Shown here: positions 11,813 to 26,105 of the stretch, piece after piece | How the letters are laid out: every line of letters starts with the position of its first letter | Position numbering within the stretch: the stretch's first letter is position 1 | Origin: the human T2T-CHM13v2.0 reference genome, Homo sapiens | DNA length: 64,000 nucleotides | Assembly: GCF_009914755.1 (NCBI RefSeq) | Contig: NC_060929.1 | Strand: one strand, 5' to 3' | Translations under genes and position numbers: made by a program | The notes under the pieces: generated by a model | What the model saw: only the letters and a program-made list of their open reading frames with translations | Database searches by the model: none | Told to the model about the DNA's origin: nothing

Positions 11813-13073
11813 TTTTGCTGGTGCAAAAGTAATTGCTGCTGTTTTTGCATTTTTGAAATTTGCCATTGGCTATTGGAATACATGCTTAAATAAATGTGGT
11901 ATGTTATTCATCATTTTAATGGGCATTTCTTGCTTTAAGTTTTTTTGCTAATAACTTATTACTTGTATATTTTATATTTATTTTAGACTATGGAAATGAT
12001 GCTAGACAAAAAGCAAATTCGAGTGACTTTCTTGTTCGAGTTCAAACTGGGTCTTAAAGCAATGGAGACAACTCAAAGCATCAACAATGCATTTGGCCCA
12101 GGAATTGCTAACGAACATACAGTGCAGTGGTGGTTCAAGAAGTTCTGCAAAGGAGATGAAAGCCTTGAAGATGAGGAGTGTAGTGATTGGCCATCAGAAG
12201 TTGACAATGACCAATTGAGAGCAATCACTGAAATTGATCCTCTTACGGTTACAAGAGATAGTGCTGAAGAAATTAACATTGACCATTTTACGGTCGTTTG
12301 GCATTTGAAGCAAATTGGAAAGGTGGAAAAGCTCCATAAGTCAGTGCCTCACGACCTGAGTGAAAAAAAAAAAAATGAAGTGTTGTCTTCTCTTATTCTA
12401 CACAGCAACAATGAACCATTTCTTGATCGAATTGTGATGTCCAACAAGAAGTGGATTTTATACAATGACCAGTGATGACCAACTCAGTGGTTGGACAGAT
12501 AAGAAGCTCCAAAGCACTTCCCAAGGCCAAATTTGCGCCAAAAAATATGGTCACTGTTTGGTAGTCTGCTGCCGGTCTGATCCACTATAGCTTTCTGAAT
12601 CCCAGCAAAACCTTTACATTTGAGAAGTATCCTCAGCAAATCGATGAGATGCTCTGAAAACTGCAATGCCTGCAGCCAGCATTGGCTAACAGAAGGGGTC
12701 CAATTATTCTCCATGACAATGCCTGACCGCACACTGCACAACCAACGCTTAAAACTGAGCTTCGAAGCTTCGCCTCATCCGCCATATTCACCTGACCTCT
12801 TGCCGGCTGACTAGCACTTCTTTAAGCATCTCAACAACTTTTTGCATAGAAAACACTTCCACAAACAGCAGGATGCAGAATATGCTTCCCAAGAGTTCAT
12901 CGAATCCTCAAGCATGGATTTTTACACTGCAGGAATAACGAACTTATTTCTTGTTGGCAAAAATATGTTAATTGTAATGGTTCCTATTTTTATTAATAAA
13001 GATGTGTTTGAGCCTAGTTATAATGATTTAAAATGCACAGTCCAAAATAGCAATTACTTTTGCACCAACCTAA
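11813..13073 (+). mobile_element. Full-length Hsmar1 mariner transposon
   Basis: TIRs (..TGGTGCAAAAGTAATTGC.. / ..GCAATTACTTTTGCACCAACCTAA followed by TA); ~1.26 kb; transposase homology throughout. Confidence 0.97.
11990..12996 (+). pseudogene. Hsmar1 transposase pseudogene; first 161 codons open
   Basis: MEMMLDKKQIR...HTVQWWFKKFCKGDESLEDEE; first catalytic D lost (RIVMSNKKW); TGA-TGA at former CGA codons; later LHDNA*PH and YSPDL motifs disrupted. Confidence 0.95.
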
Positions 13074-13310
13074 TATTTCAGTTTTATTATTGTTTTGTAG
13101 TAGTTTTGTTTGCTCCTTCTGTTCCAATTTGAATACATTTCCCTCACTGGGGGAACAAAAATATATGCATGGTAGAGTTCCAAAAATTGTTTGCCTAAAA
13201 GTATATGGGAGCTGAGGGACTAACCAGAAAGAAATTAAGGCCACTAAATGAGCCTACCTGGGATTCTAAGGGTTTGGACTTATGTGAAGTCACAGGTTGA
13301 TTAGATACAT

Positions 13311-13575
13311 TTGTTTTGTTCTGTTTTAAACTTTAGTTTTTACAGACAGGGCTGGAACCCAGTGGCAGGACCATGGCTCACTGCAGCCTTGAACTACTGG
13401 ACTCAAGAGATCCTACTATCTCAGCCTCCTGCATAGCTGGAACTACAGGAGCGTGCCATCATGCCTGGCTATTTTTTTGTTGGTCAGGCTGATCGCAAAC
13501 TCCTATCTTCAAATGATCCTTCTGCTTGAGCCTCCCAAACCACTGAAATTACAGATGTGAGCCACTATGCCTGGC
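13311..13575 (-). mobile_element. AluJ with internal deletions
   Basis: GGCTCACTGCAGCCTTGAAC...CTCAAGAGATCCT (J-type diagnostics); high divergence. Confidence 0.85.
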
Positions 13576-14469
13576 ACCCCTACCATTTGTATACTCTTTT
13601 TACTTCATGAAAGGGAACAGTTTAAATGATAGGGTTAAGAACAGAAAGGCTAGCTCCAGTGTCCATAAGGGTGTGTGTCTGCTCTTTATTTGTTAAAAAA
13701 GTCAGTTTCTCCTTGGATATTAGTCAGAAGAACCAGGTCCTTGGAACAACCCTCTTCACTTGCAGGATCCTGTCTTTGTGTTGTTTCTGCTATCAATTAA
13801 TTTCTCTACAACCTTTTTTTGAAAATGGCAAGGCTTTTTGCAATAGAAGCAAACATCTCTTTTATCATTAAAAGGAGGCACCTGTCTTTTCTTAAAAGGC
13901 CTGGTTTCACTGCTGTAGTTTCAAACACCTAATCTTTGAGGACTTACTTTTTTCTTCTTTTTGAATAGTTTTAGAAAGTTTATCTGTATTATTAGTAATT
14001 CACGATTACTAATTCATGGGTTTATATAGTTACCCAATCAAGCTGATGTCTTTAAAAAAGATAACCAAGTCCTCATGAAAGCCATTGAAGAAAGTAGAAT
14101 TTATAAGGGAATAATTCAGATAATCTTTGAGGCTAGCATCAGTGCCATTCTGGGATACAATTTAAAGGATTTTTCAAACCATTCAAAATAATCAAGCACA
14201 GAATTGCCTGGTCTTTGAGTACATTGTTGAATTTTCCTCTAATCTGTATTTTTAGGAAAGACCTGGGGAATGGCATCATGAAGAGACACAGCTGAAGTGT
14301 AAATCCTTTCATGGTCTGCTTCATTCTGCTTTTTTTTTAAACCTTCTTAAGGATTATTTCAGTTAGACTTTTTTAACCATTTAGTGCCCCTGCTTTCTGA
14401 TATTAGCATATGAACTAATTAATAAAGGTCAGAACAAGTCCAGACAATTAAATCAAATATTTCAGAAAC

Positions 14470-14720
14470 CCAATGGATCTTAAAATGATATACTTTAGTT
14501 CAATTTTTTTCCAGGGGTTATACAAAATAGTAAGCTCAGCTCTTTCTGTGGGTTTTACCTTGAAAGAGGCTGCCAAAACAGAAGTTTCAGGGAAGTAGCA
14601 AGATACCTTGGGGGTTTCCTCAGGTAGTGATTGTAGGAAAGGCAAGTCAAGACAAGGGAGTTTAGATAAAAGAGAGTATAAAAGAACAGGGGTAGAAGGA
14701 GGAGCAGTTGCAGGTGGAAG
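14470..14720 (-). pseudogene. gag: Retroviral gag remnant
   Basis: ORF 14448..14741: Pro-rich segment then ASFKVKP...YNPWKKIELKYII, resembling a class I capsid N-terminus; correct position downstream of the 5' LTR. Confidence 0.6.
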
Positions 14721-15953
14721 AGAGAAGGCCTTTAGCATCATAAAATTCAGAAATAGATTCAGGTATCATTTTGTTTACCTCTTGAATAAGCAATTTTCTC
14801 AGAAAAAAATTTAGAAGCTTCTAGGTGCCATTAGAAGTAAGGGTCTTACTCAATTTGTCTGGCGATAAACCAGCTCTTTATAGTTGTGCCCACAAATAAA
14901 TGATTTTAGGCATTTGAAAAGAGCCTCATTTTCACCATTTCTGACTATGATTATCCTGGTTCATGTGGGTCTGTTTTCCTTGATATTTACAAGAGGATGC
15001 TCCAAAGTGTTGTACATAAAGCCAACTGTTGTTTCTAAAAGAGGGTGTACCTTATAAGGCCACTCGTATTTTGAAGCTAGATTTTCAAAATAATTAAGGA
15101 GCTTTTCGTCTGTGACCATGTCCCAGAGTCCATTCTGGGTGGAAGTGTGGTGCCTATGAGCATCACTCTTTTGGTGTCAGCCAAGAGTGAGGAATCATTC
15201 TCTGACATGTCTCAGACTGCCTCCAATTGCCACAGGGAAGAAGGGTTGCCTGAGCTATGGGGGACAAATCCTTACATTATACACACCTGAATGACAAAAA
15301 AAAAAAAAAAAAAAAAGCATCCCTTAAAAAATGTTCTGGTGAGGAATGTCCTATGAGGTCATATCACATCCTGGAAAACACCCTTGAAAACTCTGAAAAG
15401 TCCCTAAGTCACCTAGATAAACCAACTGGGTCAGGGGAAGCTATTGTCCAATATAGTTTTGAGGTGACATAACTCACCCTTATGCACTTTTCTGTTTGGA
15501 ATTAATAAAAATTGGTCACAAATAAGAACCTAAGTCCCAATTTCATGCAATGGAAAGCAGTTGCAATTTTAAAAGCCTGCTATATAAAGTTAAACCACCA
15601 AATTGCCAGTACCTTGACCCAGTACCTTGACCATTCTGATGTGAGGCAGAAACAGTGAAAGTCAAGTTTCTTTCTTTTCTTTTTTAATTTCCCTGAAACT
15701 CAAATGTGCTGCCCATTAGGCAAAGGTGGAAATCCTCCATTTTAAGCAAAGAGATTTGAAAAGAATAGCTCAAGCAAAGTCTAAACCTCCAACTAAAGAG
15801 CAGGACTCATCCCTTACATTCAACTATTCCTTTCAAGCTGCAAGAACACAAGGGGTTCACAGCTGGGTAGGTGCTGAATCTGGAAGGAATGTCTGATGGT
15901 TTGTGGCTGGAGGTGGGGGGGATCACTTTGAACCCTTCTTGCTCTTTCAAGAA

Positions 15954-16398
15954 TGTCAACCAAAAAGAAATAAGCTGAGCCACAAAATATAATTTTAAAC
16001 AGTTTACCTGAACTAAAATAAAGAGACCTACTAGGGACATACTTTAAAGTCGCTTATTTGGCCTTTATTACAAGCAGGTTTTTAAATGCAAAAGAGGATA
16101 GGAAGTGGGCTGATACAAAGTTCTTTGAGAGGAACTCTCACTGGTTTAAGAAAAATAACAGTGATTAGTGGTTGGCTATACATTTTTGTACTACAGGGTA
16201 TGAGTCATGATTTCTAGTACATGGCATTTTATGGCTACTTGGCATCAGTTAGTTTAGAGCCCACATAGAAAGTGGCTTTAAGAATTAATTATTGTGTTCA
16301 AGGTGGGAGGGAGATGTGACTACTGTCACATTATAAATATCTTTTTGGGCCTGGTAATTGAAGTGGCTCAGGTAAAAATCTTCCCCCTACCCACCTCA
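15954..16398 (-). mobile_element. 5' LTR of the provirus (LTR37-like)
   Basis: Colinear homology with 2708-3174. Confidence 0.8.
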
Positions 16399-16579
16399 GA
16401 AATTTATTTCTCAGTATGCAGTTATAGGCAGACATACAAGAAAAAGTGATCAATTCTGGTTTTAAAGGAAATATTATCACTTTGAAATATAGCATATTCA
16501 TTAAATAGGAAAACTAATGATCAGTATGAAAATGACCATAATTTTAAAAACACAATGAAGTTATATTACCAAATTTTTT

Positions 16580-17650
16580 TAAAAAAAGAAACAACACCAT
16601 GAAAGAGTTGTATTGAATGTCTACAATGAAATTCCATATTGAGCTGGGGGCTGTAAAATCCCCAATGTGCTTAGGGTTTATAAGGAGAGGCAGATCAGTA
16701 AGCCAGCGAGTAAAGTGCAGAATAACAAGGGCTATGAGAAACTTGTGCATCCAGAGGTACCGACACAGAAGCGATGTGTCATAGGAAAGACTTCCTAGAT
16801 GCCTGAATGCCTGAGATGATCCGGGATGGCTGAGAGTTAGCCAGGGAAATGAAGTTGAGAAGAACATTTCAGGCAGAAGTAAAAGAGATAAAATAAGCAC
16901 TACAGAGGAGAGGTCAATGAACATTAATGGAAATGCAAATGATTTAATGAGACTGGACCAAGAAGTGCAAAGGTAGCAGTGGCTAGTAAGAAAGCCAAGC
17001 AAGGGAGATAAGTGTTGTGTCCTTGATTGTCTTTTCTGCCCCACTAGAAGACTTTGAACCCTTCCCAAGGACTTTGGCAACTCAATAGAATACTTTACAA
17101 AAAAAAGTATGCGATTAAATCTCTAATTTGTCGAATTATTCTGGTAGAAATGCTGCAGGTGATTAGAGGGGTTGAAGAGTGAATTCTGCGACAAGATGTT
17201 AACAAATCAAGAAGGGAATAACAAAGCAGCAGGGAAGGATATTCAAAAACTACTTAGCAACCAGAAGCAATGGAACTTGGTGAAAGATTGCATTGAGAGA
17301 GTAAAAAAGAGCAAATCACAAGGAAAGAAATCCAGTATGTTAACTTAAGAAACCGGATAGATGTGAACAACTGGCTGAGATTGCAGAACAAACATACTGA
17401 TGGCACACTGTGAAGATGATAATATCAATTTGAATATTTATATTTGTAATGCCAAGAGGAGATTTTTAGCTGACAGTCTTGACCGCATAGTGGGATTTGA
17501 CATGAGTTAAAGATGAGGGAGTATTCAGTATTTAGGCAGGAGAGTGATTTCTGTCACCCAGGGTGTGTGTGCATAGCACAAAGAAAAGTAAGCCAGTAAT
17601 TGATCCCTGAGGAAAGCAAACATTCAGAGGATAAGCAATAAAAGAGAAGG
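16580..17650 (-). mobile_element. L2 LINE fragment
   Basis: GGAAAGACTTCCTAGA...GAGTTAGCCAGG...AGAACATTTCAGGCAGA is typical antisense L2. Confidence 0.7.
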
Positions 17651-17714
17651 CAGAATAAAAAGTGGGCCAACACATGGAAGAATAATAAAGTAGAAATAGG
17701 GAGAGGAAGGCTGG

Positions 17715-18100
17715 CAGTCAAAGCTTTTTCTAGAAAACAGAACTACTCTGTGTATTTCAAATAGAGAATATTTAAAACAGAATTGATTGCAAATTTGTCA
17801 CAAGAACTGGGAAAGCAAAAATAAAAAACTGAGGTTATTCAGAGATTAATACATTCAATAAACCCCTACCATCCTTAGGCTAAAAGATACAGATTGCCTA
17901 GTTGCTCTGCTGCTGAAGCAGGAAGACATTCTACATCTGTCTTGGCTGCTTGGGAAGAACCCTACAACTCTCTACCACACCACCACTGCCTTCCAAAAAT
18001 CTAGAGGCCCACACAATTTTTATACTATAATAGTGTGGAAATATTTAAAGTAACTGAATGATGAGCAACATTAGTAACCTCCAGCAAAATTATGCTACCA
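17715..18100 (-). mobile_element. Old MaLR (MLT1-like) LTR fragment
   Basis: AGAAAACAGAACTACTCTGTGTATTTCAAATAGA resembles an old MLT1 end; very diverged. Confidence 0.4.
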
Positions 18101-18711
18101 AGGCTGCATTGATTCACATCCAGAAGGTAAAAGAGAGGGCCACAGGGCTTATTCCTTTTTCCCATTTCCCAGACTCCTAATACCTTCCACTGGGGGCATC
18201 TATGAAGAAACGAAGGTTTGAGGCTTCCAACAGAGCAGAGAAAAATAAAAGTAGAATAAAGACAAATAGACAAATGCCAGGTACACAAATTTTTAAGGAT
18301 AGACGTTCAACATGAGAGACTTGACTGAAGCATTTTAGTTTGATTGCAAACTGCCAGCAAAATTGCTTTCTGAAATGAAGCATTAAGTTCTTTCTCTTAC
18401 TATAAGCGTACAAGTATGCTTTTACACGTTTGTCAATACTGGATATTATCAACTCTTTTGTCTTTGTAAACACAACAGATGAAAATAGATATCAAAGTGT
18501 CACTTTCATTTGCATTGCAATAGTTAGAAGCAGCTGCAAGTTGTTTTTCTTAAAATATCTGTGAGCATTTCTGTATCATTTCAGTAACAATTCTGCTACA
18601 TCCTTCTAGGGAAGACATGACCTCACGTATCTGCTGATCTTAGGCAATAAAATAATGGAATCGTGGTAATGGCATTAGTTCTGTTTTCCAGCTAAGCTTT
18701 ATGCCTCTCAA

Positions 18712-19230
18712 TATTTAGAGTCCCTCAAAGGTAGATCCTGACACAATGATTTGGGTGTAAGTATTTTATTTAGTGAATGAACTCAAGAAACATCAAATGT
18801 ACAAGAAAGAATATGTCTCGAACTTAGAAGGTTTACTAAAGTACTTCATGGTGTTTCCTTGCCCAGAAGTAACATAGTAAAAGAGTGAGAAAGTGAGAAA
18901 AAGAAGGGAAACTTAGTAAAGAATGTTAATAAATTGGTCACTGCCTTGAGAACTTGACACTAAATCCCACAGGTGTCCCTTTAAGAAAGCACTGAGCTCA
19001 AAATGTCTCCCAAAATCTAAGGGAGCTAGATTTTTTTTGTTCAATTTCTGGTCCTCATTTGTTGAGAATAAGCAATGGGGTGTGTTGACATGCTGATATT
19101 TCTGTGTATCAGTTGAACATATTTCTACAAACAGTGAACACTTTTAGTCATAAAAAGCTAGGAAGCCACTGAAATATACTGGAACTGTTTTGGGGTAAAA
19201 AGGAACCAAGATAAAATGGGTGTACCTCTG
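18712..19230 (-). mobile_element. LTR16-family ERVL LTR
   Basis: AGATCCTGACACAATGATTTGGGTGTAAGTATTTTATTT matches the antisense LTR16 end. Confidence 0.65.
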
Positions 19231-20134
19231 CTCAGTTACTCCCATTTCAACGCACCCAAATTGAGTTCACTCTTCCCAGTCAGTGACTCTTCAGGATTGC
19301 AACTAGAAATGGTGCCTCTAAAAAACCTTCAAATAGAAATTTGCAATCCCCATGCTTCAGGTATTCATAAGGACATAATTAATTGTCATCATTTTATTCC
19401 TCTACCACAATTCTAGATTCACTCTCACCCTTACCCAGTATTTCTGCTGATCTAGGTTGCTTTTGCAGTTAAGTGACTGAGGCTTTCATTTCTGAGGGAT
19501 CTGAGCCTTGATTATTTTTCCTGTGACAGGTCATGGTTGTCACAACCGTTAACAGTCTTATGTCTATGTATGGAAGCATCAACAGCCACCCCAGTAAGTC
19601 CTCTACATTACAGAATTTCTTCTCACTTTCTGATTATATAGCACTAACACCTGTTCCCCATGAAGATCAAGAAAATTATCCCAGTTGGTAAAGTAACTAT
19701 ATCCTTTATCTTTACCAGAAAAATGAGCAGGTAGCAAACATATTTTTAGCTTCCATGGAATTGTTATTGTGTCCCTGATCTTATTGTGTCCCTCTATCCT
19801 TGCGGAAAAGGCCTAAAGTTCCATAAGTCTTCTTCAAACCACTTTCTCTTTCATGTTCTAATATTTTTCATTTCAGGAAACTGAACATTCACCCAGGCCC
19901 TTCAACACTGCCTGGAATTTTTGATGTATTTTTACTTCTGACTACAGTCTTGTTAAATAGGACACTATCTCTTTATCATTAGGTAGGCTACACTAATTTT
20001 AGCAGGTCCAATCAATATATCAAAGTAATCTATCCAGTTTTTTCTCCTTGTCCATTAACTAGTCACAGGAATTTGCCAAACGTATATGAACAAAGCCGTA
20101 TGTATGATGTGAGAAAGGGAGAGGTCAGTGAAAC

Positions 20135-20937
<803 letters not shown>

Positions 20938-22600
20938 CCCTCCGTAGATATATAGAGTCTACCTTCTATTTTTGTGGATGTGTTTGTGTGTGTGTGTGTA
21001 AATGTGTGCTCTCTACACTTGAGTAAGTCCACTCCTAAATGTATACATTATTGCATGGAATCAATGCCTCGGTCGTTCATCTAGCTAACGATGGGTAGTT
21101 CTGTTCAAATCATTTATTTACATAAATAAGACTAGGTGCAGTAGCCTGTCAGGCATTGCTTTTTTGAATGGGCAAAAGAAATATGCTGCAGATGGTCTTG
21201 TTTGAGGATGCTAGGGATCTGCAGAAGGTCTCTCCTGTTAGAGCTTGCCAGAGACAACATATGCCATTTCGATCTACCACAGATATCAGGACTTTAGAGT
21301 CTACTGGGTTTTGTTATTGAATGCAGTGCAGCTTGTATCAAAACCTGAACCTGCTGTAGAACTCTTCCTTTCACTGGCAGTCACTCAAATATGGCAGTCC
21401 TCTAAGTCACTGGTTAAAGCCACATTCCCAATTTTACTATGTGCTGTCTGAAAAATACAAAGTGATCTATCTTCATGTGCTGTGTCTCTTCGTGGTGGGA
21501 GCTGAAACATACAACAACTTGTTCTATATCTGGGATAAGATGGCTCCAAACCATTAGATATTAAAAAGGTCACTAATGTGACAGAGGCTTGCGGTTTCGT
21601 AGGGTTTATTTCTCAGTCTTTCCAGGGTTTGCAGAATACTTGTTACTTTTGAGTTTGAGGGTGACATTAATCTCTCCTATACCATCTGATATATTTTTGT
21701 TTCATAAATTAACTCTTTGACTAAAGAAAGAGCAGTTTCTGGGTCTTCAGCTTCATCTTGTTTTGATCATAATCTCACTACATAAGTCTTGAAACTACCA
21801 TGAGAATTATGTTCATTGCTATAAATATTATTTTATATTATTTAATGAAAGACCAGGGGAAAGGTCACGTGGTGGGTCCAGGGAACCACTGATGCATTGC
21901 GAGGGGGACTGTGTACAAGAATCCTTTCATAACGTCCATTTATCCCACTCTAAGAGAGGAGCTGTGCTTGTGTTTTGGATCCTCTGTTATCAGTGCAAAC
22001 TCACCTTCTAATCAATTGCTCTTGTAAGATCTGAATATTTTCTTTACCTAATGTATAATATTTCTCATAAATAACTGTAGATCTATTTGGTGAAGGATTA
22101 GATAAAAAGTCATGCCTGTATCAAAGCATCTCATGTATAATTACTACATACAAAAATTAAAAAGAAGTATATTAAAAAGATAGATTCTTTCTGGAACAAT
22201 TCACTTTCTATCCTAAATGGCATAGGATTTTCTCATTCAATCTTGCTCTGAGAATTGGCTCAGTTTTAAAGACTGGGTGAGAGATAATAAGCCTTCATGA
22301 AGGCAATGACCTTAGCCCTCTGATTGACAACTCTTGATTTTTGTTGTTGTTGTTGTATAAGCAAAGTCGAATCCACATTGGCTGTCCATCTGTCTTTCAC
22401 TGGGAACACTACGTTCTGTTATTCACTGTCACTGGTCCTGCATGCCAAGACCAGCTGGTTTCATTCAGTCTTGCAGCCCATTATGACAGTTTTTACCCAT
22501 CTTGCCTTTGACAGTTAAATGCTGCCACCTGGTTCAACTCTTCTAGAACCTTATAACTATTGATACTAGCAAACTGTCTCATAGAAATTTAGTTAACTCT

Positions 22601-23640
22601 TGTGTTTGAGTCAGCTACTGCTATATGTACACTACATAATATACAACTTCAAAACTCAATGTCTTGCAACAACTATCATTTATTTTTTCTCCCTCACTGG
22701 TGTACAGTTTAGTAGGGATGGCTCCACTACACATTGGAGGTTGTTGGGTAATAGGCTTTTAACTGGGATCATCTCTCCTTAATGTTTACCTACATTTTTT
22801 TTTCTTGGACTAGCATCTACTTGGGACATAATTTCATGGTAATCTTGGAACACACTGAGTAGACAGAAAAATATGTCTTCAGATATTGAATCAATACTGG
22901 CTCACTATAATGTTTGCCCTCATTTTAGTAGCTGAACACGAATGTGTTTGCATCTTCCCATCTGGTGCATGTCACAATCACATGTAAGAGGCAATAATGT
23001 GAAGAATCAAGAATAATATTCCACACTACCACAGTCCATTGTCTTGGTAACAATTATTCATTTTTCTTTCAGAAGTCAATTAAACTCATTTCCTCCACAG
23101 GATACCAAAAAAGTCACATTGTATCAGGCTTGAGGCCCAGGGTCTCATAATCTTAGTCAGGTCTGGAGAAGAATTATTTTGATCCAATACCTGTGAAATA
23201 AAAGTAAAAATTATCTATATTCCACATACTCGATTTACAATGGTGAAGAAAAGGGATATAATCACAATGGTAAGCACATAATATTTAATGGTCCGTAGCA
23301 ATTCTGAAAATCCATGGGTTAATGTGAGGTTCTGCTACCCTGAGCTATGGATTATTTATTTTTACTGACCCAGATTTACTCCCTGAGAATATTCCCTGGA
23401 CCTTTATTTTTCATGGCTTTTGATTTTGCTTCTGGAAGACTCTTCAGTTTCCATAATCCTCCTTGGGCACAAGATAGTGGGCATTAGAGAATAGACTCTC
23501 CCTGGCGACTGAACATTTCAGTCAGCATGCTTTCTGTAGAGAATAAAATCAGGACCTAAAAATATTCTTACTTTCAAACAGCTACCGTATCTTTTAATTC
23601 AAGCTGCTGGAACTTTTTTCATATCGCCTTGGATTGCCAC
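22601..23640 (-). mobile_element. Old MLT1 LTR plus MLT1 internal fragment
   Basis: GTCAGCTACTGCT...CAAAACTCAATGTCTTGCAACAAC..ATTTATT LTR end followed by MaLR-int-like sequence. Confidence 0.6.
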
Positions 23641-23682
23641 CAGTGAGATGTTGTTTTTTACAGTAGAAGAAAATAGATTTTT

Positions 23683-24115
<433 letters not shown>

Positions 24116-24486
24116 AAGAAAATAGATTTTTACCAGAGAGAGAGAGAAGAAAAATAAATAAATAAAAGTAGCAGGGTCAGGTTAATATTTGCCAGCAGGA
24201 ACCAGGAGACTCTGAGTGTGATTTTGAGAATGTTGGGTTTGCAGGGTTGCAGAGAGTCAGGGGGTCTTTGTCAGGCTGGGGGCTTCTGCTTCATCACAGG
24301 TCTTTAGGGCTAGGTCTGTCTCATGTGTCTGTCAACCTCCTGGGACCAGCCAGCTTTCTAGCACATGCTCTCCTCCTGATGATGGCAGAGGGCCAAGACA
24401 GCCAGCAGCACCACAAGAAGTCTTTAACTGCCAAGGCTCAGGAGTGGCCCATTGCCATATCCATTAGCACTCAGATGGTCCAAACT

Positions 24487-24707
24487 TGGCTGGGACTAGG
24501 ATGAGGTGAGTGAGACACTCATCTGGGGGACAAAATTTAAGGGGCTGCCAACAAACTTAGTAAGCAGGATTAAAAAAAAATGTTTCAGTGCATTTTTAAG
24601 GCAAAAAGTTCCTGGATGAACAAAGTATCAAAATTGTAAATAAAGACAGGATCTTATCTTGAATTTTCACAGTCCTGTGTTACCTGCCTTACCCTAAGCT
24701 CACCCTT
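24487..24707 (+). mobile_element. MER96-family hAT non-autonomous element
   Basis: GGCTGGGACTAGGATGAGGTGAGTGAGACAC...CAAAATTTAAGGGGCTGCCAA; degenerate inverted end TGCCTTACCCTAAGCTCACCCT. Confidence 0.7.
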
Positions 24708-26105
24708 CAAGTCATTCAGTCAAGCCAAAGCTGGTGAGATGAGAAATATAATCCCTCTATTGAGAGGGGATTTAAGGAATAGAATATTTTTGAACAACAC
24801 TCTAACTAAAGTGACTAAAAAATAAACAACGCATCTAAATATTGTAATGAAGAAATTATGTCTGAGGGAAATGTGAGTGATAAAATGATAATTCTAGTAA
24901 TGAGAATCTGTTGGAAAGAGGAGGAGACATGCTTGTATGAATAATGACATGAATAAAACTCCATATGAAGATTTAAAGATGTATTTTCAGATAATGTGAC
25001 TTAACTAGTTTTAAATTAAATGTTACTTTAGCTTTTATTTGAAAGGCATTTTATTTTTGGAAGGAGCTGACAAAAATTCTATTCAAACTGTTTCAGTTAA
25101 AAAATACTCATTAGTATAAATAACAGAATTGCAAGACTACAGTAAAACTTTCTAGACACCAAATGGGACTTAAGAATTCAAACTAGATGACAGGGCTGTT
25201 CTGTTTTAGCCTGTGGAAGGAGAAGTTATAGCTAGCAGCCCTGCAATTACATTCCTCCAGATCTCTGATACAAAAGATCACTCTCTTCTCTCAGCCACAC
25301 ATCAAGCACTCCCAGAAAACCTCTTTCATTGGGTAAAGAAGTCAGAGGTGGTAATTTTTATGCGATACAGAAGCCTAATGAATATAGTAGAGATTCCTAC
25401 ACAATAATTTGCTTGGGATAGAACACCTTGTAAAATCAGGCACCTGTCACAGTGTCTAACCTTCAGAGCAATGTCTGAGTTTGTGCATGTGAAAAAAGAA
25501 ATTCTAAACTTGAAGTTTAAGCCTGAGCCATCACTACAGGCCAGCACATCCATCATGCCAGCAATGTTCATCTTTTTCTTGGATTCTAACAAGTTTCATT
25601 TTCAAATAAGGCATTTTGAGGATTTGAAGATTTGAGATGAGAAAGGAAGCAGGTAAGCCAGTTAAATAATTCAGATTTTTTTTTTCTACCAATTGTTTGG
25701 AATTAGAACTGACCCTATGGACCAAGCATGTTCCCACAGTTCTTGAAAAATCTGTAGCAATTTTAGCTTCAAGTAATGGGTAATAATAAAGTATGTGAAT
25801 AATTTCTATTAGTTCTATAAGCAGATAGAGTATGACCTACTGGTATTACCTGTACTGCTTTATGGGGCAAACCTCTAGATCAAACCTCTACGTATCAAGT
25901 ATCTCTAGCTTACCCTCCTATAATTTAAACACTTAGAGATTTATTGGCTATTATGTCTTGTATTGACCTATGTGCAGTATTAAGTACTTATGTTAGTCAC
26001 AGTAATATAAGAGTTTTGTAGGAAGTCACTTTGTTGGTAAATGGTGAAGTTGGTATTGCACCTAGGCAGTGTCCATCTATATGCTGCAATCCTAATTATG
26101 AGCCC

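Noticed and set aside
15606-15632. Short perfect tandem duplications (also 19764-19793, 44975-45007, 46441-46473)
   Set aside because: Ordinary 13-17-bp slippage events
16544-17080. 178-aa ORF
   Set aside because: Lies within a decayed L2 element
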